This document shows, piece after piece, positions 23,277-36,509 of a stretch of 64,000 nt of DNA. Numbering within the stretch: the first letter of the stretch is position 1; every line of letters begins with the position of its first letter. The position numbers and the translations under genes are program-made. Origin of the DNA: Selaginella moellendorffii (taxonomy: Eukaryota > Plantae > Lycopodiophyta); NCBI RefSeq assembly GCF_000143415.4, contig NW_003314284.1, forward strand, positions 248,001 to 312,000, given 5' to 3'. The notes under the pieces are model-generated. The model did no database searches. It saw nothing but the letters and a program-made list of their open reading frames with translations, and had not been told where the DNA came from.

Positions 23277-25872
23277 ATGGTCGTCTGCTCCATGGCGCTC
23301 TACTCCAGCTCCCCTCCGGCCCCTGTTTCTTGCGGCAGCCATTGCTCCACTCACCACAGCAGCGGCGTCTCTAGCGACTCGGAGGCCCATCTTTGCTGGC
23401 TCCAGGGCGGGCAGAGCTCGGGGCCACGGCAGTCAAGGGCCGGCGGGCTCTCCTACCTCTTCGCCAGTCCCAATGCGCGGCAGCACTCGTCTTGCGCGAT
23501 CAGTGACGCGCTGGAGTCGGGCAGCTTGTCATCGTCGGTGAGGAGCGTCTCTCAAGTGGATCATCCCAAATGGGAGGATGGTCGCAGCGGTAGCATTAAC
23601 ATTCCCGGATCTTCGTTTGGCAAGCGCAGCTCGGTCTCGATCATCCAGAGCCCATACACTTACAGTAGCTGCATCTTCTCGGTGGCCGGGCGCGAAGCTC
23701 CGGTTTGCGCTGATCTTCCTCCGCTGGATCCACACGTTGGTTCGTGGGGTAGAGGTATTGCCACTGTTGACACGCGGACACCGGTTTATAGGAGAGAAGG
23801 ATTCGAAGTTAGTCAAGAGGAGAGCAAGAGCTTGACAGCAGCGCTCACGGATTTCCTTGTACATAATGGCGGTAATTCTTTCGTGGGCTTTGACTTTAGT
23901 GACGTGCCGGATTCCAGAACGGCGAAACAGGCGTCACCAAACGAGATCTTGGTGGACGCCCAGCGGCGGCACAAGGTTTTCAAGGATCCGTTCATAATCA
24001 AAGCGTTTAGATTGGCCGAAGAAGCTCATCGCGGTCATGTAAGTTTTTCTCTTTTCTTGTTTCCTTCTTCTTATCTTCTTACGTGTTCTTGCTTGCTTTC
24101 TTGCAGTTTAGGCGGAGCGGAGAACTTTACCTGACTCACTGCGTAGAGACTGCTATACTTTTGGCGTCGGCTGGTGCGGAAGCCACCGTAGTTGCCGCTG
24201 GTTTACTACATGACACGCTAGATGATTCAAGCATTGACGAGGCGCAAATTCGTGCCATTTTTGGAGACGATGTCGCTGACCTTGTTGTAGGGGTAAGATG
24301 TAGTTTTGATACTGTTTTTGAACGATGGTACTAACTTTGGTTCTAAACAGGTATCGAAGATAAGTCAGCTAAGCCAGCTTGCTAGGGACAACAACATCGC
24401 TAGCAAGACGCTAGAAGCAGATCGTCTCAGGACAATGTTTCTAGCGATGGTCGACGTGCGTGTGGTGTTGATCAAGCTTGCTGATAGGCTGCACAACATG
24501 CGAACTTTGGAAGCTTTGGCAGCGGAGAAGCAGAACCGGATCGCCAGTGAAACTCTTGAAATCCTCGTACCCATAGCAAACAGGCTGGGAATATGGAGCT
24601 GGAAAGCAGAGATGGAGGACCTGTGTTTCAAGTACTTAAATCCTACCGAGTATCAGGAACTTGCTGCCAAACTGATAGAATGCTGCCGCGGAGGCGTGGT
24701 ACTGTCGGCGATTGAGCAGCTTGACAAGGCGCTACGTAAAAGTAAGATCAAAATCGAAGATCTTTGTGGCCGGTCTAAAACTCTTTTCAGCATTTACACT
24801 AAGATGAAGAAGTAAGTTGACAAAAAGTTCGCTCTTTATGATTTCGTCTCATCATTGGTCATTTGCAGGAAAGGGCGCAGTATCGATGAAATATACGATG
24901 TCCGAGGTCTTCGTTTGATTGTCAAAGATGAAGCTGATTGCTACAAAGCCTTGGAGTTTGTGCACAAGCTCTGGGATCACATTCCAGGAAAACTAAAGGA
25001 TTACATCAAACAGCCAAAGGCTAACGGGTAAGTGGCTGGCTTTCATGTTTTGGAGCTTTGAACTGAGTCCGCCTTTCGCAGGTATCAGTCATTGCACACA
25101 GTTGTAAGCGGCAAGGATGGTCTTCCTTTGGAAGTTCAGATAAGAACGAAAGAAATGCACAGTCATGCCGAATTCGGGATGGCTGCGCACTGGCGATACA
25201 AGGAAGGAAACGATACAAAGCACTCCGCTTTCCTTTTGCAACGAGTGGAATGGGCAAGATGGATCCTCACCTGGCACAGCGAAATCATGGACAACAAGCT
25301 ACGAGTTTCACCATCACACATGGACTTGAAGTCATCCTGCCCGTTTCCTTTCCACAAGGACGATTGTCGGCACGCTCACCCCTTTTCTGGACCGCCGGAA
25401 AGCGAGGACGATCCACTGTTCGTGATCATGCTCAAAGACGAAACGGTAACTAGCTTTTTGTTTGTTGAAGTTTCCAAGTTGGGCTGACTTTGCTTGTGTT
25501 TCTCCATAGATGATTGTTCAAGAGCTTCCTCCGGGTTGCACTGCTGCCGACCTCGTCACGGAAAGAGGCGCGGATCACTTTCTTCTCGATCCAGGCGTGC
25601 TCTCGGAGATGACACCCCGAGTAAACCATCAGGAGGTGGAGAACTTTCACCAGAAGCTCCGGATGGGAGACGTGGTGGAGATCGTGGACAAGGAGGAGAG
25701 GTCCAAGGTGTTGGTCACCATGGCTCGAGTTCCAGCCAAAGCTTCCAACGAGATAAGCGTTTACAGAGAGCAGATCCGCCGCATGTACGCTGCTGACAGG
25801 AGCTGCAAAGTCGATGCACGGAAGATCTTCGAGCTCGCCAAAGAGAACACACAAGTTGCGGGGCTGACTTAG
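23277..25872 (+). CDS. RSH: RelA/SpoT homologue (RSH2/RSH3 type ppGpp synthetase/hydrolase)
   Basis: [11 protein letters not shown] transit start; [23 protein letters not shown] (HD), [48 protein letters not shown]. Confidence 0.96.
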
Positions 25873-26111
25873 ATAAACCAAAGAGAGAAAAAAGAAAGGA
25901 AAAGAAGGAAGACTTCCTCACAGGTACATTGTTTCATTCGATTTGTACATTTCACTGTGTATATAACAGGAATCTTGACTTTGTACCACCGAAAAGAAGT
26001 TTCTGGTGTTCACTCTAAAAACTTTAAGGTGGCTTTCAATTCAATCGTTGGTGGGGATTCCTCCAGGATGTGATCTTCACCCTCGTCATCGCTGGATTTG
26101 GCTCAAATAGT

Positions 26112-26502
26112 ATGGTTTCAGTGCGAAGATTTTCATTTGCGAGGAGCTCGAATCGGAGGATGATCAAGGTTTTAAGTTTGCTTCTTGTGATACTCGCGTG
26201 TTGTGAAGGAGCAAGGCTCCAAGGTACTTTACTGTGTGTGTGTGTTTTCATCCAAGTGGTTGTAGCTAACAAGGCTATGGTTTTGCCCAAAAAAAAGCAA
26301 GTAGTTTGGCACTGGCACACTGGAGGAAGGTGAGTGATGAGATTATAATTATCATCACTGATAATTTGATTGCTGGAACCTTTGGTTGTGAGATTTTTGA
26401 TAGACCGACTATGAGGATGTGGATCCTATTCCACAGCGGAGGTATCGTCCCAGGCCAGGCCCTACTCCAAGATCCATCCCCAAAGTTTCTAAAGGGAACT
26501 AG
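26112..26502 (+). CDS. Putative small secreted peptide precursor with DY motif (3 exons; 64-80 aa)
   Basis: Exons 26112(or 26160)-26223, 26298-26329, 26404-26502; two 74-bp GT-AG introns keep the frame; product ..MIKVLSLLLVILACCEGARLQASSLALAHWRKTDYEDVDPIPQRRYRPRPGPTPRSIPKVSKGN*. Confidence 0.65.
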
Positions 26503-26821
26503 AGAAGAAAACATATCATACATATCATATCTTTGTTAATATATAATAACAAAGAGTAAGATAAATAAGAAATAACAAAGATAACAATAATAGTTTGTAT
26601 AAACCCTAAACCCGTATCCTCTGTTTTTATCTAGGGTTTTTCTTTGACGAGTTTCACACGCGCTCGAAGGTAATAGAATTCTTTACTCGCTAATTAATCC
26701 GATTCTAGGCACGATGCTTTCGATTCTCAAGAGAGGCCTCGTGCATTCTTCGTTTTACCTCAAACGGGAAGTTTTGGACCAGGGCTGCGATTCCAGGGTT
26801 GGGCGCTGGAGCTCCAGATTC

Positions 26822-28573
<1,752 letters not shown>

Positions 28574-28693
28574 AGTAGTTTTTCGGAATGAAATGGTTGC
28601 TCTCTTTTCTAGCTCTCATCTTCACGCTTTTAAAGGTAGTACTTTCTTTTGTACTTCGCATTTTTTGCTAGGTCTGCGCTTGCTCTAGTAGCG

Positions 28694-30979
28694 ATGGGTC
28701 CTTCCAGGTTGCAGCTATGGATGCGCTCGGTCATCAAGCGGCGAAGGGCGTATGGTCTCACAGCCAAGAACAAAGTGGAGCTCTCGGGCAAGGCTGGAAA
28801 AAGATGGGTGGCGCTGTGGGGAAATGGCGATCAAGGCAGGCTAGGCCTCAGCGAGTCGGGCTCTCAATTCGAGCCAGTTTTGTGCCGAGCGCTGGAATCT
28901 CACGAGCCTTGCTCTGTCTCTTGCGGTGGTGCTCACACACTCATCCTCACTGGTATGTTGGTCTTTTCCTCTCGTTTCCATGGATTTTTCTCTTCGCTAC
29001 TTTGGATGGTATTTGCAGACAAGGGACGTGTGTTTGCAACTGGATTGAACAGTAGCGGTCAGCTTGGAGTTCCATTGAAGAGGGAATCTAGCTTTGTAAG
29101 TTTCTTCCTTTTTTCTACGTGGGAGTGTTCATTCTACGTGATTTTTGGTGTAGGATCCTGTGGAGGTGCATGGGTTTCCTGATCCTTGTGTACATATTGC
29201 AGCTGGACGGTACCATTCTGCTGCCATCACTTGTATAAAATCTCTAGCTGGATTGTCTTGCATGTTCTTTGTGATCTCTCTCTCTTCTTTCTCTTTTCGC
29301 TTTGCTGAATCGTTTGTGACTTGTGTGTATGCAGCAAGTGGCGAGACTTATGTCTGGGGAAGAAACAGCGAGGGTCAGCTGGGACTCGGCAAACGTAAGT
29401 GTAGTGTTTTCTTTTCTCCCAATCGTTGCAAGCTCTTGCTTGTTACAGGTGCTAAGTCGGTTTACATCACTCCGCAGAAGATGGAATCCTTGGCCGGAAT
29501 GCGCTTGAAGGCTCTGGCTCTGGGAACGGACCATTCGCTTGGACTTGCTGGTATGAAGGGAAGAAACATATGACAAATGGTGATGTTTGTTGTCTTGTTG
29601 TTTATTTTTCCAGAAACTGGCCAAGTTCTGAGCTGGGGAACCAATAGATTTGGTTGCCTTGGACACGGCGAGATGACGGGATTCTTTGACTTCTTTAAAG
29701 ATACAAAGTAAGTGGTGTGTTTGTTGCTTACGTCTGTAATCTCGTACTTCACAGTGAGTACACTCCAAGGATAATCCACTGTCTAGAAAAGCTCCAGGTG
29801 AAATTCGTATTCACTAAGTAGACATTTATTTTTCTCTTCGTGCAGATTCGTAGCGTTTCGGCCGGACTAGTGCACTCTGCGTGTGCGGATGGTAAGGAGG
29901 TGATGTGTGCAAATCTTTCTTTATTTCAATGTTTTTATTTTCTCCACAGACAGTGGAACGATTTACTCGTTTGGCCAAGGCTCGATGTGTCAGCTGGTAT
30001 GCTCGTCTCGTCATTTTCTTCTTAGCTTAGAGGAGAGGTCTTGAGATCTCAATCTCTGATGAATTTCTTAGGTGAAGATGACGAACCTGCTTGAATCTTA
30101 GATCAACAACCAAGAAGGCGGCGCAAGTCACGTAGTTGCTTGGGATAGTGTGTGTGTGCTAAAGTCTTTTTTCTTCTTTTCTCTTTGTCTTTCTCCCTTT
30201 TCCTTTCACTCAAGGTGTGATATTTATGCAGGGCCTTGGCAACAACAACGATGCGTCACAGCCATGTCCAATTCCAGATCTTCCTCGCGTCTCTTCCATT
30301 TCGTGCGGAGGCTATCACACCGGTGCTATAACTCGTAAGAAGAAAACGCTCGTTTCATCCTCACTATCTTTTCTCTTGTGTTTTAGAGGACGGCGACATT
30401 TATACGTGGGGATCTAACGAGCATGGCTGCCTGGGCTCTGGGTAGGCACACAGAAAAGCTTTCATTGCCAGGTCTCAAGCTTTTATCAGATTTCGTGCGA
30501 GTAGCAAGCCACTGCGTTTGGAAAGCTTGGCCGAGGCATTCATGTCAGAGGTATCTATCGCATTTCACTCTAACAAATCTTTCTGTTGCGTGATTTCGTG
30601 TTTTAGATATCGTGTGGATGGAAGCACACAGCAGCTATAAGCGGTAAGCAAAACCCAAGCTAGAAACTTGAAGAAAGCTCTAAGAAACAATTTCCCTCGC
30701 GATTGTAGATGGCTACATTTTTAGCTGGGGATGGGGAGGATCATATGGAACGTACGCAACGCAAGCAGAATCAAGCGGCGGCCAGCTCGTAAGTTTCTCC
30801 AAAGTTCCAAAGTTCTTCGTGAAAATATCGAAAGGTCTTCGTGCTTTTTCCAGGGAGTTGGGACCGATTTTGATTTTTTCGAGCCTGTTCCAATCGAGAT
30901 GGATGATCGGCTTTCGGCCCTTCACGTCTCCTGTGGTTTCAATCACACGGCAGCCATTCTCGAGGAGATAGAGATATAA
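28694..30979 (+). CDS. RCC1-repeat protein (RUG1/RUG2-like, organellar)
   Basis: ALWGNGDQGRLG, SCGGAHTL, WGRNSEGQLGLG, SCGGYHTG, SCGWKHTAA, WGWGGSYGT..SSGGQLGVG, SCGFNHTAAILEEI; many small exons. Confidence 0.9.
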
Positions 30980-31492
30980 AAATTCTTTGCTTGTATTCTT
31001 TTGAAGTCACAACACGAGGTGGTCCGGCTATTCTTTTTTCAGACTATCATTTCTTTGGATCAGGTCGGCGGTTTCATTCCTACTACTACGCGCGCTGCTT
31101 CCCCCCTGAAGTAGACCAGTGGAACAATTGACGAGCCATCAGAAGCGAAGCTTGGAATTCTTTATCTAAAATTTGGTTTATATATTGGAATTATTGATTG
31201 GAATAAGTATTGGTTTTTGGAACGAGAAATGCCAGGATCACCATTGGTTTGTAGGAGCAGGAACTCTTGCCTATGACTTTCTGTGCGATAAATGCAAGGT
31301 GGTGGCCGAGCTTCCTCTTCTGAACTCATAACTTTTGCTACGGGAGCCGGCAGTAGCAGCAGCGAGATTGAGAAACTTATCAAAGGCTTTCAAGAGCTTT
31401 CGAGTTCTTCCAGATCGACGATAGGTTCTTATTCCTGAAATGCTTTGGAGACAGAACCATTGTATTTCATATTTATTCTGGTATAGTTAAAT

Positions 31493-33197
31493 TTAATTAG
31501 ATAAACGATCTGCTAAGTCCAGAGTGAGAGCAACCATGGTTAAAGTCGGGTTCCAGGATCCACTTCTTGGCCACAGTGCAGCACCTGTGATATAAATGTT
31601 TTGCGAGCCCGCCAAGCGATAGTCAAGATCCACTAATTGATTACCATCCTCTCCAATAGGAAGAGATGATCCCTCGTGAACGCATCCTGGTCGGCGAGTC
31701 AGCTCTTTGGCCGGGCGCTGGCTAGTCCATTTGCCCTTGTTCCAATACTGGAGAGAGCTTGACTTGTTGGGGGAGAGGATGTTCTCCAGCACTTGGAAAG
31801 CTCCTGCTTCCATTGCATCCCACACTTCCATATCACCTCTAGACTGCTGGATCTGCAGCTTGATGTTGGTTGTCAAGTCTGGATCTTTGTCGTTCTTTCG
31901 AACCCAAGAGGAATTCTTAATCTCTTGCTCACCCAAGATGGCAAACACAAATAAAACGTACTCCTTTGACTGTTTGAGCTGCTCCGGAGTTGCACTAGTG
32001 AGAACATCCGGCATTCGATGACCCATGGTAATGATATCTTCGGATTCCAGACGTGGGCTTGATATCACAGTTGCCTGGATGTGGAATTGCAATTTTCCAT
32101 GTACACCTGAAAAACCAGAAAAAAAAAACAGTTAAAAGTTGATGAACCAAACGAAGAAAACAACCTGCCAAGTAGAACGCTCCAATCTGTGGTGTCTGCT
32201 GGATATCAAGTCTGCTGGCAAATGGATACTCCTTTCGAGGCACTCTTGCTGTGATGGCACTAATAAGATGGGAGCTAAATTGCAGTGGAGCTTTTGCCAG
32301 CGCTGGGATGGAATTTACGAGTAGAGTGGCGGGTGGGATTGCGCCCATGGCAAGCACGATTCTCGTTCTAGCGCTCAACGTGACTTCTCCTTTGGATGTC
32401 TCAAGCACTCCTTCACTTTCTGAAATTCTCTTCACCACGCAGTTGATAACGATTCTCAAAGGAGCTCCATGACCTTGCTTCGCAAGCGTTCTCTGCCGCA
32501 GCACTAGCTGGAGCAAAGAACCGACCACTGAAAATTTGGATCCGTCTTCAATTGAAAGTGGAGCTGGCATCACCCGCGTTGCAGAGCTGACGGTGTGGAG
32601 TCGGCTGTGCATTAGCTGCATGATCTCTTCCTGCAAAGCGGAGCGGTAGAATGAATTAGTAACATTCAAAAGCCTCTCAGCTCTTTCGAAGTATCGTCCA
32701 GCGGCGTCGATCACGGACGGGTGCCATCCCTCCATTTCTTGGGCAGTCGGTCTCGGGCACCAGCCGCTCCATTTCGTCGATCGCCCGCCAAAAAAAGGTG
32801 CCACCCCGTGTACCCACTTTGCATAGGGAGACTCTGCTGTGGCTTGCGTGAGTGTCCACGGATAGCTTTCGAGTTTTGCTGCGACCGTGCCTTGGAGAGC
32901 AAGGGGAAGACTTTGGAAGTGAGCGGGCAAAAAGAAAGGTCCTCGCTCCAGCATGAGGATTTTTGCATGAGGATTTTTCTCTAGAATTTGAGCTGCAAAG
33001 GCGTAGCCACAGAATCCTGTGCCAACGATGATGTAGTCAAACGGGCCTGACTGCTGGACACTGTCCCAGCTTGGAACGAAAAAGAGGTCGTTCATGATCG
33101 AAGTGGAAGTGGGATACTGTTCCCCAGGATGTGGGAATCCAAATTCCCCACTGCAAGCATAGAAAAAGGAGGCGAGCAAAAAGCAAAGATGCAACAT
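31493..33197 (-). CDS. Secreted FAD-dependent GMC oxidoreductase, pyranose-oxidase-like
   Basis: Hydrophobic signal peptide; FDYIIVGTGFCG Rossmann motif, LMLERG, FFGGRSTKWSGWCPRP, VLAMGAIP; C-terminal VHEGSSLPIG..NIYITGAALWPRSGSWNPTLTMVAL; one intron 32107-32164. Confidence 0.88.
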
Positions 33198-33279
33198 AGT
33201 GTAGAGCAGAGGAATGAAGTGTGAGGCGAAGAGAACTCATATATATATAAGAAGTTGCAATCTTCAGAAGTATCAGTGA

Positions 33280-34325
33280 AAAAGAAAACAAAAACTTTTA
33301 GAGCCAAGCAATCAGCACAACACTTGTACATTTTCACAAGGCAGCAGCAGCATTGGAAATGGAACCATCTCTGGAGAGCCATCAACTTCGCTTCTAGCTC
33401 GAATTAACTACTTCGATACTCTGTGGTGGCTTTTCTCGAACTCAAAACGACAACAACATTCACTAGCTTGTTTGGGAGTAACCGTGAACAGTATCAAGGC
33501 AGTACTAAGATGTAAGAAGATAAGTGGCAAAACAAAAAGGCCGTCATATGATGCCATATTCATGCGACCTTTGCCAAATCCTTGTGCAAGCATATTGACA
33601 GCAGGTACACGCACCACTTCCATGAGCACCTATACAAAGCGCAATCAAAAAGTACCTTTAACAAGCTCTCGGTTGAGATCCAGCTTGTCCTCCCGCCGTC
33701 CAAAAGAAAGTCTAGGCATCCCCTTTCACATATCACATTGCGAACAGTTGAGCTTAAGAAATCGAGAAAATCAAAACAATACTTCTCCAAAGGAAGCAAC
33801 AGAAATATGACAGGATAAGGGACAACTCTTGGTCTCGAAGCCGTACCAAATATTAAGAATGGAATCAGTGCTACTGCGTGCTTGTCATGCTGTAGTCTGG
33901 AGTCAAAAGTGTCAATACTTGACGATGATATCAGGATTCCCGTTCCAGTACGATGATATCAGTGTCCCTTGAAGGTTTCAGTACGATGAAAGCAATTCCT
34001 GCGTACAGCATGTAAGAAAGCAAGCCAAAGAATCACCAAAACGTACCATTTGAAGGAAGAAAGGAGTTTCTCTGTTGATCATTCCCATACCTGCAAACCA
34101 GAAAACGAAAGAACGAATCGAACGAAGCATTGCGAGGATAACCCTTTCCACCAAAGAGCAGCGCATGAACTGTTGCTTCAAAAAATCACTGCTCCGTTCA
34201 CTCGACTGAGCCTGCATGAAAAAAAACTTTGCATGTACTTATAACTTCTTAATTCTTATCCCACCTCCACCGGAAATATTTGTCGCGATCGCGCGCCATT
34301 GGAAAGGAGCTGAAATCTGGCGCTG
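33280..34325 (-). repeat. Left arm of diverged ~1-kb inverted repeat (degenerate gene-like sequence)
   Basis: Reverse complement aligns by eye with 38600-39705, including shared translations YKCCADC.ALKVFVFF and MINRET..FQM.RFGD.L.C.L.CC, and the strings cttttggacggcgggagga and gatcgcgaca. Confidence 0.85.
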
Positions 34326-34635
34326 GGAAGAGATTCCAACAACCGCACCTAGTACAGCTGATCAGCCGTATCGTCACAAAATCGAGGTCGCAGCTGCCAG
34401 TGGTTAGCATCCGGAAGATCCGTGACCGTGGCGCCAGCGCGAGAACGAAGAACCCTAATGCGGAAGAATACCACCTAGTGTTATGACTTCAAAAGAATGG
34501 ACATGTTTTTTACTTGGAAAACTGTGACAGATAGCGAGAAAAATGTTCTGGGTTCCACGAGCATGGCTTCTTTCCCGCACTTGTCGGCGCCTCTCAACCC
34601 GTTTTGGTGAGCATGGGTTAGAAAGAATGGGAGGC

Positions 34636-34755
34636 AATCAAGCGGCGGCCAGCTCGTAAGTTTCTCCAAAGATCTCTTGCTTTTTCCAGGGAGTTGGGAC
34701 CGATTCTGATTTTTTCGGGCCTGTATGGATGATCGGCTTTCAATCACACGGCAGC
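34636..34755 (+). pseudogene. Deleted copy of the 3' end of the RCC1 gene (30769-30955)
   Basis: aatcaagcggcggccagctcgtaagtttctccaaag..tgctttttccagggagttgggaccgatt..atggatgatcggctttc aatcacacggcagc; both splice sites of the intron are retained; internal deletions. Confidence 0.9.
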
Positions 34756-34869
34756 ACCATGGTCCATCGACGGGCACGATTAGCCAGATCCGGCGGCCTT
34801 TACTCTACCTTTAAAAAAAGCTCCTTTGTTCTTTCTTTAAATTGAGGTTGAATGGTAAGGGTTTGGTTA

Positions 34870-36439
34870 ATGGAGGCTATGGCACCTGGTTTTGCATTGA
34901 TAGGAGCTGGAGGTTTTGCCAAAAAGCAATATTTGCCACTACTCTCTACGAAGCTGATGGATAGAGTTTCGTTTAAAGCAATATGGAGTCGTTCGCAGGT
35001 AGGTTTTTGAAGGATTCTTTTCAGGCGAGATAACCTTTTCTCCAGGAATCGGCAGAGTCAGCGGTGTCCTTGATCAAAGATCGTGTGCCAGAAGTACAGC
35101 CTAAGTGGGGTGAAGAAGGTTTTAATGACATTCTAATGGATAATAGCATCATTGGGGTGGCTATAGTTCTTGAACCAGAGATCCAGGTATGAATATCATT
35201 TTTTTAGTTTTCTATTTCTCACACATTATTTAATAGGGGACTTATGCAATTCAAGCTCTTACTGCTGGGAAACATGTATTGCAAGGTATGATAGTTTCAA
35301 ACTTAAAATTGCTACTAAAATCTCACATTACAGAAAAGCCATTAGCCCCAAGTACACAGAAGGCTCAAAGTTTAGTAAACCTATACAAGGGATTAGACAA
35401 TGATAAGCTGGTCTGGGCAATAGGGGAAAACTATAGATTTGAGCAAGCACTTGCAGAGGTATGAATCTTTTAAAACATAAAATATAGTTAATAAATACTT
35501 CATTTGAAACAGGCTAGTAAGTTGGTGAAGGATATAGGACACATGGTGGCGGTGGAAGTAATTCTTGAAAGTCCTATGAATATTTCACGACCTTCTTTTT
35601 CAAGCGTTTGGAGAAGGCAACTCCAGGTAATCAAATTATAATTTTTATTGTTTTGTTTTGTTTAAGCACTATTTTGCAGGGGGGATATATAATGGATAGT
35701 GCTGTTCATCAAATAGCGGGACTAAGATTGGTAAGAAAGAAGAGTTAAACCTTGATTTATTTATCTGTTTATTGGTTTTGATTTTCTGTAAATAGATAAC
35801 TGGCTTTGAGATTAGAAGTGTGTCAGCAATCTCCCGTCATGTGGATAATGCTCTACCTTCTCCAGACAATGTCTCAGCATTGATGTAAGTCTTTCTTTAA
35901 TTAGCTTTTTAAAATGTTGTTAAAACTTGGACTTACAGAGAGTTGGAAAATGGGTGTGTGGGTACCTTAATGATATCATTTTCATGCATTACTAAAAAGG
36001 TACTAAGAAATTTGCTTTCAAATCTGTTCTCATATAAATTATCTGAACTTTAGATGAGCTGGAAGGTTGTTGGAACTGAAGGTACAATCTATGTAGATCA
36101 AGATGTTAAAGATGATCAGCCAGGATTTTTGGTGAGTTATATTATAGACTAAGCTTACATTGACTAATAATTTGTGATGTGCGGTGAAGGTAACTTGTTC
36201 TACTTCAACTGGTAAAAATTCAGTGTTCTATCCCTGCTGTGGGGTGGAAGAAGAATTAGGAGCATTTATCAATGACATCACTATGGTAAGCATGAAGATC
36301 CTATATAATATTGACTCACTAGTTGACGTTTATTCAGGGAGGAGTACCTGACAAGCGCAGCAGTCCCAGCGAGGCATATGCTGATGTTGCCGTCATTGAA
36401 GCCATTCTTAAATCTAATGGCAATGTCATTCATGTTTAA
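34870..36439 (+). CDS. Gfo/Idh/MocA-family NAD(P)-dependent oxidoreductase, 11 exons (largely missed by the ORF track)
   Basis: Spliced frame is open throughout: MEAMAPGFALIGAGGFAKKQYLP..KAIWSRSQ|ESA..|..ALTAGKHVLQ|EKPLA..WAIGENYRFEQA..WRRQLQ|GGYIMDSAVHQIAGLRL|..GTEG..|..SSPSEAYADVAVIEAILKS..HV*; all introns GT-AG. Confidence 0.9.
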
Positions 36440-36509
36440 TGATATACCAAAATAAGAAGGATTAAGTTAAAATACTACTGCAACGACTTCTAATAATCTC
36501 TTGTTTCCA

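Noticed and set aside
31050-31430. Coding-like fragments between RCC1 and the GMC gene
   Set aside because: Stops in the frames examined and no identifiable family.
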